A stretch of 62,415 nt of DNA, counting the filler. It is 6 parts of 6 records of this genome, joined end to end, with 100 filler letters (N's around TTAATTAATTAA, not from the genome) between each part and the next. Parts side by side here need not be neighbours in the genome. Positions count along the whole stretch, not along the records: positions 37,298 to 56,928 come from DRR723986_10562; positions 57,029 to 62,415 come from DRR723986_10627; 4 more parts are not named here. The stretch is one strand, 5' to 3'. Positions 50,116 through 58,910 of this stretch are shown one piece after another. The notes under the pieces were generated by a model. That model was not told the DNA's origin. It searched no databases and worked only from the letters and a program-made list of their open reading frames with translations. Numbering within the stretch: the first letter of the stretch is position 1; the number at the start of each line of letters is the position of its first letter. A program made the position numbers and the translations under genes.

Positions 50116-51002
50116 CAGTCCGTTACCTTCTTCGGAGGATTGACCGGGCTGACCGGTGCAGAGACCTCCGTCTCCTGATTACCATTGATGACGCGCACCT
50201 GCGTCGTGGAGGGCGTCCTGCGGCGCACAACCGTCCGAACGACCGCTGGCTTTTTCGCTTCCTGCTGCATTGCGACGATCAGCTCCGCCTCTTCATCCCG
50301 CCCGATCAGGGCAAGGCCGAGTGCGCCGCGCTGGCTGGCGGCACCAAGGGCGAGCGCGCCTTCTGGCGTCACTTCCAGAGTTACCGTGTTCGAAGGCAAG
50401 GCGCCCTCCAGGTTCGGTTCGAACGTCTGGTCAATCGCAAGGACCGACACATTCTTAAGCACAGGACGCGCGATCAGATCTCCTGATATGCGCATGTCTT
50501 CATCGCCGCGCGCATAGGAATTACCGCGGTCTTCTCGTGGAATGAACTCGTTCACGTCCACCCGGTCTCCCGGCAGCACAAAGCCCGAGACGCCCGTATC
50601 GCTGCGCACGACAATCGAAACCGCGCGCATGCCAGGCTTGATGGAACCGGCCAGCGTCAGCGTAGCGCCGCTCGTGTCGAGCTTGCTGAGGTTCACCGGC
50701 TCGCCTTCGACGATCAGCCCTCGGGAATAAGCCTTTTCCGGAAGTGCATCCGAGTCACTCAGCGTTCCTTCCGGTACGATGTTTTCGGGCCACTCCACGC
50801 GCTTCAGCATGGAGGAATCCAGCAACTCTCCAGTTTCGATTGTCCGTGCCGCGACCATGACGCCTGCCATCGAAACGGCTGCGGCGGCGGTCTGTGCTTC
50901 TGCTCGGGTACGCGCGTCCGACATGTAGTAGCGCCCCAGAAGGACAGCGCCAGCGCCCAGCACGACGGATAAGCCCAGACTGATTAAGGGTGTTGTCTTC
51001 AT
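50115..51002 (-). CDS. cpaB: Flp pilus assembly protein CpaB/RcpC
   Basis: SAF domain VAARTI..G, PGMRAVSI, GVSGFVLPGDRVDV, VLAIDQ, TVTLEVTP. Confidence 0.93.
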   Translation of the reverse strand: MKTTPLISLGLSVVLGAGAVLLGRYYMSDARTRAEAQTAAAAVSMAGVMVAARTIETGELLDSSMLKRVEWPENIVPEGTLSDSDALPEKAYSRGLIVEGEPVNLSKLDTSGATLTLAGSIKPGMRAVSIVVRSDTGVSGFVLPGDRVDVNEFIPREDRGNSYARGDEDMRISGDLIARPVLKNVSVLAIDQTFEPNLEGALPSNTVTLEVTPEGALALGAASQRGALGLALIGRDEEAELIVAMQQEAKKPAVVRTVVRRRTPSTTQVRVINGNQETEVSAPVSPVNPPKKVTD

Positions 51003-51248
51003 TGCTCCCTCACAGCGCCTTTCTGGCGCGATGCTCCGTGTGTCATGGTTACGACGTAGACGGTAAGGTCTCTTGAAGACGTGCAGAAAAATCTCGGAAT
51101 CTGCCGGAACGGCGCGTTAACCAAGAAGCAAGGTGAATTAACCTGACGCAAACCATAAAATTGAAGTTTGACGCATCTGGGCACAGAAGCTCGCGATCAC
51201 GCAGAGGGTGATCTTTCGTTCAATCAGTTGGCGTATCAATTAGTCGGT

Positions 51249-52238
51249 TCAGCCGCCCATCAGGATCCTGGCATACTCAGCCGCATCGACATTGCCGCCA
51301 CTGACGACCACGCCAACTGATTTGCCCTTCATCTCTTCAGGCAGGCATGCCAGTGCCGCGGCCAGCGCCGCCGCACCGCCCGGTTCGGCCACCACTCGAA
51401 GGTATCGGAATGCCGCGCGCATCGCCTCTTTCGCCTGCGCATCGCTGATGACCAGTCCGCCCGCAAAAAGCCTGTGACCTATGGCAAACGTCATCTCGCC
51501 TGGCGCACGCGTCAGGATTGCGTCGCAGATCGACCGGGTGCCCGGCGTATTCTGTTCGATGTGGCCGCTTGCCAAGGACCGGGTCCAGTCATCGTGCCCC
51601 TCTGGTTCCGCGACCCAGACTCGTGCATTCGGCGCGGCGCCCTCAAGGGCCAGGGCGATTCCAGAAGCAAGTCCGCCACCGCCCGCCGGTGTAATGAGAT
51701 GATCGAGCCGCTGACCGGCATCTTCCATCTGAGCCGCGAATTCGAGGCCCGCTGTCCCCTGCCCGCTGATGATGTGCGGGTCTTCGAAACTCGGCACCAG
51801 TACGGCCCCGCGCTCGGCGGCGATCTGCTCAGCAATCTCTTCGCGGCTTTCTGTGTCACGGTCATAGAACCGGACTCCGCCGCCATCGGCTTCCACGCCT
51901 TCGACTTTCACCGCAGGCGCATCCGATGGCATCACGATCAATGCCGGCATGCCGAGCAGGCGCGCCGCCCGCGCAACGCCCTGCGCATGATTGCCCGAGG
52001 AAAATGCAACGACACCGGCAGCGCGCCGGTCTTCCGGGATCTGCAGCAAGCGGTTCGTTGCACCGCGTATCTTGAAGCTGCCTGTTTCCTGAAGGCATTC
52101 CGCTTTCACGAAGATCCGCGCGCCTGCCAGAGCATCGAGCGCGTCATGCCGCAAGACCGGCGTGTTACGGACAAGGCCTTTCAGCCGCTTTGCGGCTGCA
52201 GTCACATCGGAATAAGTCGGGAGGGAATTGGACGCCAT
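51249..52238 (-). CDS. PLP-dependent threonine/serine dehydratase family protein
   Basis: KAECLQETGSFKIRGA, SSGNHAQG, GQGT, GGGGL, EPGGA, SGGNVD. Confidence 0.92.
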   Translation of the reverse strand: MASNSLPTYSDVTAAAKRLKGLVRNTPVLRHDALDALAGARIFVKAECLQETGSFKIRGATNRLLQIPEDRRAAGVVAFSSGNHAQGVARAARLLGMPALIVMPSDAPAVKVEGVEADGGGVRFYDRDTESREEIAEQIAAERGAVLVPSFEDPHIISGQGTAGLEFAAQMEDAGQRLDHLITPAGGGGLASGIALALEGAAPNARVWVAEPEGHDDWTRSLASGHIEQNTPGTRSICDAILTRAPGEMTFAIGHRLFAGGLVISDAQAKEAMRAAFRYLRVVAEPGGAAALAAALACLPEEMKGKSVGVVVSGGNVDAAEYARILMGG

Positions 52239-52277
52239 ACCGCTCCATAGCGCGCCATGGCGTCCGGGAAAATCAGA

Positions 52278-53150
52278 TTAGAGACCTGCGGCGAATTTCT
52301 TCACCAGTTCGCGCGCGGCATCTGAGGTTTCTTCATGATCCAGCGCGTGGGCGAGGACGGCTTCGAAATAGCCGGCCTTGGAACCACAGTCATATGGCGC
52401 GCCTTCGAACTCGTAAGCGTAGAAGGCCTGGCTCTCCATCAGCGTCGCCATGGAGTCGGTCAGCTGGATTTCGCCGCCAGCGCCTTTGCCCTGGTTCTCA
52501 AGGAGATCGAAGATCTCCGGCTGCAGGATGTAGCGGCCTGTGATGGCCAGGTTCGACGGTGCCGACTCCACGGGCGGCTTCTCGACCATGCCGGACATAC
52601 GGATCAGGCGGCCGTCACGTTCGACAGGCGCGATGACGCCGTACGAGGAAACGCGCTCTTCCGGCACAGGGTCCACAGCAATGATGTTGCCGCCGACTTT
52701 ATCGTAGGCTTCGACCATCTGCGCGAGACAGGAGGGCTGACCTTTCACGATCACGTCCGGCAGAAGGACCGCAAAGGGCTCATTACCGATGATGTCTCGC
52801 GCACACCAGACGGCGTGGCCGAGGCCCAGCGGTTTCTGCTGGCGCGTGAAGCTTGCGCCGCCAGCCGGCAGGCGGCTTTGCTCGACCTGCTTCAGGATGG
52901 CGTCTTTCTTCTTGGCGACGAGGGCGTCTTCCAGTTCGTAGGAATGATCGAAATAGTCTTCGATGGCGCCTTTGTTGCGCCCCGTGACAAAAACAATGTG
53001 CTCGATGCCCGCCTCGAGCGCTTCATCGACCACATATTGAATCGCGGGGCGATCGACGACCGGAAGCATTTCCTTCGGGATTGCTTTTGTTGCCGGCAGC
53101 ACACGTGTGCCAAACCCGGCGACCGGCAGGACTGCCTTTTTTACGCGCAT
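52278..53150 (-). CDS. galU: UTP--glucose-1-phosphate uridylyltransferase
   Basis: KAVLPVAGFGTRVLPATKAIPKEMLP, GLGHAV, VEKP, GEIQLTD, DCGSK. Confidence 0.96.
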   Translation of the reverse strand: MRVKKAVLPVAGFGTRVLPATKAIPKEMLPVVDRPAIQYVVDEALEAGIEHIVFVTGRNKGAIEDYFDHSYELEDALVAKKKDAILKQVEQSRLPAGGASFTRQQKPLGLGHAVWCARDIIGNEPFAVLLPDVIVKGQPSCLAQMVEAYDKVGGNIIAVDPVPEERVSSYGVIAPVERDGRLIRMSGMVEKPPVESAPSNLAITGRYILQPEIFDLLENQGKGAGGEIQLTDSMATLMESQAFYAYEFEGAPYDCGSKAGYFEAVLAHALDHEETSDAARELVKKFAAGL

Positions 53151-53255
53151 ATCAAATCCATTTCTCGTGTGTCAGGTGAATACTGCGCCATTTGATAAGC
53201 AAAATGCCTGCCAAGGTCACCCAGCGTCACAATCCAGTGCCTCAGGCGCAAAGGC

Positions 53256-53528
53256 TCAGGCGATTGTAATCATGTACAGGCCTGCAAGAGACAGGGACAG
53301 GCAGAGGACCGCCAGCGTGGCCAGAGCCCCGCGGATCGGCAGCCCCTCCGCGCGATGCATGCGTTCAGCCAGGTGAGATTGCAGCCGGCGGGCGGGCGAA
53401 CCGGCTCCTTGGGCTTTCAGATCGCCAAACTGCCAGCCATGTGCCTTGTCCGCCGGTGACGTAGGGGTCTCCCCATACCCCGCATCGGTTTCCGGTTGTT
53501 GATGTTTCGGGACCTTCAGGGCGGACAC
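53256..53528 (-). CDS. Small hypothetical protein with C-terminal TM helix
   Basis: GTG start with AGGAG SD; fills the SDR-galU gap; hydrophobic C-terminus ALATLAVLCLSLSLAGLYMITIA. Confidence 0.6.
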   Translation of the reverse strand: MSALKVPKHQQPETDAGYGETPTSPADKAHGWQFGDLKAQGAGSPARRLQSHLAERMHRAEGLPIRGALATLAVLCLSLSLAGLYMITIA

Positions 53529-53615
53529 GGCAAACTCCTGCAGATTGCCGTCCCTTCTGCCACACCAGTCACTAAGGCTTGGCTAACGCCGGTAAAAAGT
53601 GCGGATATTTCTGCC

Positions 53616-54383
53616 CTACAGCGGCATCAGCAGATGACCGCCATCAACAACGATGTTCGAACCGGTCATATAGCTGCCCGCTTTCGACGACAGCAGCAGC
53701 AATGCGCCATCCAGTTCCTGATGCTCCCCGAAACGCTTCATCGCGATCCGTTTGCGCATTTTGTCGCCCGCATCGGAGTCGAGATAGTCCGAATTGATGT
53801 CGGTCTTGTAGTAGCCGGGCGAAATTGCGTTCACGCGGATGCCATACCGGGCGTTTTCCAGTGCCATCTGCTTTGTCAGATGCTCAACGCCCGCCTTGGA
53901 GACACAGTAGGCCGTCGTCATCATCTGGGGCTGAAGGCCGGTGATGGAGGCGATGTTAATGATCGAACCGGGCACGCCTGCCTCGATCATGGCATTCGTC
54001 GCGTATTTGCCAACGCGCCAGACACCGTTCAGATTCGTATTGATGACCGCGTTCCAGTCGTCTTCAGTCTGGTCCCGGAACCAGGTGTCGCGAGACATGC
54101 CGGAATTGCTCACGATGATGTCACAGGGGCGGCCAAGCGCTTCCTTCACCTCGGCGAAGGCACCGTTGACACTGTCATCTGAGGTCACATCCATCTCCAC
54201 TGGCAGCGCACGGCCACCGGACTTGCCGATCTCATGGGCCAGTGCTTCCAGTCGATCCATGCGGCGCGCGGCCAACACAACATCTGCTCCAGCCTTTGAC
54301 AGAACCTTTGCAAAATGGCGCCCCAAACCGCTCGACGCGCCGGTCACCAAAGCTGTCCTGTCAGTAAGACTAAACAAATCCAT
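53616..54383 (-). CDS. Short-chain dehydrogenase/reductase
   Basis: TGASSGLG, NLNG, IINIAS, YCVSK, RVNAISPG, MTGS.IVVDGG. Confidence 0.93.
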   Translation of the reverse strand: MDLFSLTDRTALVTGASSGLGRHFAKVLSKAGADVVLAARRMDRLEALAHEIGKSGGRALPVEMDVTSDDSVNGAFAEVKEALGRPCDIIVSNSGMSRDTWFRDQTEDDWNAVINTNLNGVWRVGKYATNAMIEAGVPGSIINIASITGLQPQMMTTAYCVSKAGVEHLTKQMALENARYGIRVNAISPGYYKTDINSDYLDSDAGDKMRKRIAMKRFGEHQELDGALLLLSSKAGSYMTGSNIVVDGGHLLMPL

Positions 54384-54443
54384 GCCCCAAACTCCTCATT
54401 TCGCACTTGCACAACGCAAGATTCTGTCGCTACTCCTACCGTC

Positions 54444-55574
54444 ATGAAAATATCAGTGCTGAGGGAACGACGTTCTGGTGAGACCCGTGTGGCGGCTACA
54501 CCAGAAACGGTCAAGAAGTTAGTGGCTTCGGGCCACTCGGTTACAATTGAGTCCGATGCTGGCAAGACTGCCGGGTTTCTGGACTCTGCCTATGAGGAGG
54601 CCGGGGCATCCATTGCGAAGGATGCCACCGCGACCGTCCAGGGGGCAGATATCGTCTTCAAGGTCCGCGGACCGGAGGAGGGCGAAATCGCGGCCTTGCC
54701 GGACGGGGCGGCCCTGATCGCCCTCATGGAGCCGTTCGCAATGGACCCCAAGGTCATCGCCGGACTCAACGCAAAGAAAATTGCGGCGCTTTCCATGGAA
54801 TTCACGCCGCGTATCACCCGGGCGCAAAGCATGGATGCGCTCTCATCCCAGTCCAACCTTGCCGGCTATCGTGCCGTAATTGAAGGTGCGCAAATTTTCG
54901 GACGCGCCATGCCGATGATGATGACCGCCGCCGGCACGGTCGCCCCGGCCAAGACATTCATCATGGGGGCTGGCGTCGCCGGTCTCCAGGCCATCGCCAC
55001 CGCCCGCCGTCTTGGCGGTGTGGTCACAGCAACGGACGTGCGTCCCGCCGCCAAGGAACAAGTCGCCTCGCTGGGCGCCAAGTTCATCGCGGTAGAGGAT
55101 GATGAGTTCAAGGCGGCCGAGACCGCCGGCGGCTATGCCAAGGAAATGTCGGCCGAATACCAGGCCAAACAGGCCGAACTGACGGCCAACCATATCGCCA
55201 AGCAGGACATTGTCGTCACAACGGCCCTGATTCCGGGCCGTCCCGCGCCAGTCCTGATCACCGAGGAAATGGTGAAGAGCATGAAGCCGGGTTCGGTGAT
55301 CGTCGACATGGCGGTCAGCCAGGGTGGCAACTGCCCACTCTCGAAACCGGACGAGATCGTCGATGTAGGTGGCGTCAAAGTGGCCGGGTTCTCGAACCTC
55401 CCTGCCCGCCTGCCTGCAGACTCGTCCTCGCTTTACTCCAAGAACCTGCTTGCCTTCCTGCCGCTCGTGACGGCCGAAGACGGCAGCCTCAATCTCGACA
55501 CCGACGACGAAGTCGTCGTCGCCATGCTCCTGACCCGGGGCGGCGAAACGGTGAACGAAAGGATCCAATCATGA
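54444..55574 (+). CDS. pntAA: NAD(P) transhydrogenase subunit alpha part 1
   Basis: [45 protein letters not shown]; start corrected to MKISVL. Confidence 0.95.
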   Translation: MKISVLRERRSGETRVAATPETVKKLVASGHSVTIESDAGKTAGFLDSAYEEAGASIAKDATATVQGADIVFKVRGPEEGEIAALPDGAALIALMEPFAMDPKVIAGLNAKKIAALSMEFTPRITRAQSMDALSSQSNLAGYRAVIEGAQIFGRAMPMMMTAAGTVAPAKTFIMGAGVAGLQAIATARRLGGVVTATDVRPAAKEQVASLGAKFIAVEDDEFKAAETAGGYAKEMSAEYQAKQAELTANHIAKQDIVVTTALIPGRPAPVLITEEMVKSMKPGSVIVDMAVSQGGNCPLSKPDEIVDVGGVKVAGFSNLPARLPADSSSLYSKNLLAFLPLVTAEDGSLNLDTDDEVVVAMLLTRGGETVNERIQS

Positions 55575-55936
55575 AACGCGCACTCCTGACCCTCGTCGCG
55601 GCCAGCTTTGCGCTGCCCGCCTTTGCCGATGGCGGTGGCATTGATTCCACCGTCTTCCTGGCCGCCATCTTCGCGCTGGCCTGTTTCGTCGGCTATTATG
55701 TTGTGTGGAGCGTCACCCCGGCCCTGCACACGCCGCTGATGGCGGTAACCAACGCCATTTCTTCCGTGATCGTTGTCGGCGCGCTCGTCGCAGCCGCCAC
55801 GGTTGGCCTGAACTCAGACAACTGGGTCTCCAAGGTCCTTGGCACGGTCGCCGTAGCGCTTGCCAGCGTGAACATTTTTGGTGGCTTCCTCGTCACCCAG
55901 CGCATGCTCGCCATGTACAAGAAAAAGGGGGACTAA
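55571..55936 (+). CDS. pntAB: NAD(P) transhydrogenase subunit alpha part 2, with signal-peptide-like N-terminus
   Basis: [39 protein letters not shown]. Confidence 0.95.
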   Translation: MKRALLTLVAASFALPAFADGGGIDSTVFLAAIFALACFVGYYVVWSVTPALHTPLMAVTNAISSVIVVGALVAAATVGLNSDNWVSKVLGTVAVALASVNIFGGFLVTQRMLAMYKKKGD

Positions 55937-55939
55937 TTC

Positions 55940-56928
55940 ATGGACTCCTTCCACTCGACCTGGGCGCCGCTGCTCTACCTGGCCGCCGGCATCCTCTTCA
56001 TCCTTGCCCTTCGCGGGCTTTCCAGCCCGGCTACCAGCCGAGCGGGCAACCGCAACGGCATGATCGGCATGGCCATCGCCGTGGGCACGACGCTCGCCCT
56101 GCTCTGGGGCGATCTTGATCTCACAACCTGGGGCCTGATTCTCGGCGGTGTTGCCGTTGGCGGCGTGATCGGCGCGATCATCGCACGCCGCATCCCGATG
56201 ACGGCGATGCCTCAGCTGGTCGCCGCGTTCCACAGCCTCGTCGGCATGGCCGCCGTGCTCGTGGCAGCCGCTGCATTCTACTCGCCCGTCCAGTTCGGCA
56301 TTGCTGGCGATGTCGGCATCAAGGGCGCTTCCCTTATTGAACTCGGCCTTGGTTCAGCGATCGGTGCACTCACCTTCACCGGCTCGGTAATCGCGTTTGC
56401 AAAACTGAACGGGAACATGAGCGGCGCACCGATCCTGCTGCCCGCCCGGCACCTGCTGAACATCCTGATCGGTCTCGGCATTGTCGGCCTTCTTGTCTAT
56501 CTGATCTCCGTGAACGGACAGGCGCCCTGGGCCTTCTGGGGCCTCACCGGGCTCGCCCTGCTTCTCGGCATCACGCTGATCATCCCGATCGGCGGCGCCG
56601 ATATGCCAGTCGTTGTGTCGATGCTGAACTCGTATTCGGGCTGGGCAGCTGCTGCGCTCGGTTTCACGCTCGGCAATTTCGCCCTGATCATTACCGGTGC
56701 CCTCGTCGGCTCGTCGGGTGCGATCCTTTCCTACATCATGTGTAAGGGCATGAACCGTAGCTTCATCTCGGTGATCCTCGGCGGCTTCGGCGCAGACGAC
56801 TCCGCGGCGGGCGCTGGCGGCCCGGCCGTCGACCGTCCGTTCAAGAAAGGCTCTGCCGACGATGCGGCCTTCATCATGAAGAACGCCTCCAAGGTCATCA
56901 TCGTGCCGGGCTACGGCATGGCGGTGGC
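55940..56928 (+). CDS. pntB: NAD(P) transhydrogenase subunit beta, 3'-truncated
   Basis: MTAMPQLVAAFHSLVG, IGGADMPVVVSMLNSYSGW, IIVPGYGMAV. Confidence 0.96.
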
Positions 56929-57028
56929 NNNNNNNNNNNNNNNNNNNNNNNNNNNNNNNNNNNNNNNNNNNNTTAATTAATTAANNNNNNNNNNNNNNNN
57001 NNNNNNNNNNNNNNNNNNNNNNNNNNNN
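56929..57028. other. Artificial contig linker
   Basis: 44 N + TTAATTAATTAA + 44 N. Confidence 0.99.
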
Positions 57029-57030
57029 CA

Positions 57031-57055
57031 GGGTCGAGCCCTTAGGGCTGGACCC
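57031..57055. repeat. Imperfect palindrome at contig start (REP-like)
   Basis: GGGTC-G-AGCCC-TTA-GGGCT-G-GACCC. Confidence 0.5.
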
Positions 57056-57127
57056 GGTATTTTTGAAGACAATATATCACACAATATTCCCAAAATTGTT
57101 ACTTGACCTCCCACGTCCCTCAAAGAC

Positions 57128-57153
57128 TTGAGACTGAAGTCTCAACTACAAAC
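57128..57153 (-). repeat. GTAG-family REP-like element
   Basis: Minus strand GTTT-GTAG-TTGAGACT-TC-AGTCTCAA: GTAG tetranucleotide directly followed by a perfect 8-bp hairpin. Confidence 0.6.
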
Positions 57154-57342
57154 AAAAAATTCAAAAAAGCCTGAGACACAAGCCAGGCACAGCCGCAGCG
57201 CGGGGCTCAAAGCGGTCTTAAATGCAACCTTGAAATCAACCTGCACTCGATGTTAAAACGTTAACAAGAACCGTCACATCAATTCTCCAGCCAGTTACTA
57301 TTGGTCGCTGAAAGTAGTTAACATCTAAAAGCCAAAAGACCT

Positions 57343-57672
57343 TTAACTGCGTAACACCATCCGGCGTACACGGTTTTCCAGAATGTCAATTAACTCCGGC
57401 TGCATGTAGTCGTAATCGTCGGGAATATCAAGACAAATCAATCGTTTTTCGCCGAGCAATGCGCGGTATTTTTTGGAGACCTTATTACGGTGCATTTTTT
57501 CCATGACAAGAATAATATCGGCCCACTCAATCAGATCGCCGGACAGCGGAGTGATGGCATCGGCGTCCGTGCCACAGCCAATTGCGCTGACGCCACCGTA
57601 TTGACTGAAGACCGTTTCGGCAGTGCGGCTACGTAGTTTATTCTGGCTGCAGACAAACAGAAGGTTCTTCAC
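57343..57672 (-). CDS. Small low-molecular-weight protein tyrosine phosphatase-like protein
   Basis: LFVCSQNKLRS (CX5RS P-loop), WADIILVME, LDIPDDY. Confidence 0.88.
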   Translation of the reverse strand: MKNLLFVCSQNKLRSRTAETVFSQYGGVSAIGCGTDADAITPLSGDLIEWADIILVMEKMHRNKVSKKYRALLGEKRLICLDIPDDYDYMQPELIDILENRVRRMVLRS

Positions 57673-57710
57673 TGCAAACTCCCCGCTATAACAAACCTTG
57701 TTAACAAATC

Positions 57711-58910
57711 CTACTTCAGCAGGGCCTGATAGGCATTTAACATTTTGGCCACGTTGGCTTTCCAGGTGAACTCCCGCGCTACAAATTCACGTGCCGCCAA
57801 ACCCACCCGCGCGCGCAAAGCCGCGTCATCGTTTAACTTGCGTAAGGCATCCGCAAAATCCTGTGCCGTGTCCGCGCGAAAAAGACCATCCTGCTCAGTG
57901 GCGTGAATGCCTTCGGCCGAGATTGTAGTGGCAACTACCGGCAGCTGCATCGCCATCGCTTCCAATATTTTAATGCGAATTCCACCACCGACGAATAGTG
58001 GTGCACAGTAGACGGCCGCGCGGTTAAGATAGGGCTGCACACTCGGAACAAAACCAGTCACCGTTAAGTGCGCATCGCTGCGATCCGTAAATCTGGCCGG
58101 TGGATTTTTGCCAATTAACGTGACATGTGCATCCGGCTGAAACGCGTGCACAAGCGGCATAACTTCGTCCAGCAGCCATTCCGCCGCTTCGATATTATGC
58201 ACCCAGGTAAAAGTTGTGGCCAGCACGTATTCCCTGCTTTCGCGTTGTATGTTAACATCTGGAACCCAATCGTCCAGATCCACACCAGCGGGCGCCAGTA
58301 TATAGTGCCCTTTTTTGGCCATTCTACGTGCGCGCGCTTCGTCCTGCTGCGTGATTGCAAAGTTAACATCCATGCGCATAAACACATCGGCTTCCAGGCT
58401 TTGAAGTCTGTGTGCCTGCAGCTGCAGATACCAGTATTCTGGTCGCCAGGTTTTGAAACGTTCGGCGTAACGCTGCCAGATAATATATTCCACATTGTGC
58501 ATGCGCAGCCCTACGGGCAGCTCAAACTTGTTGCGCAGCTCCAGAGCCAGCGGCGCCATCGAACTGTGATCGGCATGCACCACATCAATTTTGTTGCGAC
58601 GGCAGTAACTAAACAGCGCTTCGCGCACTGATTTGCGTTGAAATTTCCATACGTAGAGCGGCAGGCGGGACGGCACGGAGCGCACAATGTTCTTAACAGA
58701 ATTGCGCGTGTCGGCCTGTACAATTTCAATCGAATCACAGAACTCGAGGGCGGCGGCGCGGCGTTCCTCGGAAATCTCTTCGTTAACAACGGCAAACAAG
58801 TGCACCTGGTGGCCGGCGCGTTTAAACTCAAGGCTTATTGAGGCAATTCCAATTTTACCGCCGTCGCTCGTGGGCCAGGGAAATTGCGGCACCAGCTGCA
58901 GGATATTCAT
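57711..58910 (-). CDS. GT4-family glycosyltransferase
   Basis: PWPTSDGGK, HNVEY, TGFVPSV, PLFVGGGIRIKILEAMAMQLPVVAT. Confidence 0.92.
   Translation of the reverse strand: MNILQLVPQFPWPTSDGGKIGIASISLEFKRAGHQVHLFAVVNEEISEERRAAALEFCDSIEIVQADTRNSVKNIVRSVPSRLPLYVWKFQRKSVREALFSYCRRNKIDVVHADHSSMAPLALELRNKFELPVGLRMHNVEYIIWQRYAERFKTWRPEYWYLQLQAHRLQSLEADVFMRMDVNFAITQQDEARARRMAKKGHYILAPAGVDLDDWVPDVNIQRESREYVLATTFTWVHNIEAAEWLLDEVMPLVHAFQPDAHVTLIGKNPPARFTDRSDAHLTVTGFVPSVQPYLNRAAVYCAPLFVGGGIRIKILEAMAMQLPVVATTISAEGIHATEQDGLFRADTAQDFADALRKLNDDAALRARVGLAAREFVAREFTWKANVAKMLNAYQALLK

Noticed and set aside
50999-51184. 61-aa ORF upstream of cpaB as the missing Flp pilin
   Set aside because: Lacks the G/xxxxEY prepilin motif and the hydrophobic helix.
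57029-57342. CRISPR leader or array at the start of contig 6
   Set aside because: AT-rich with hairpins, but no repeated 25-40-bp unit with spacers and no cas genes.
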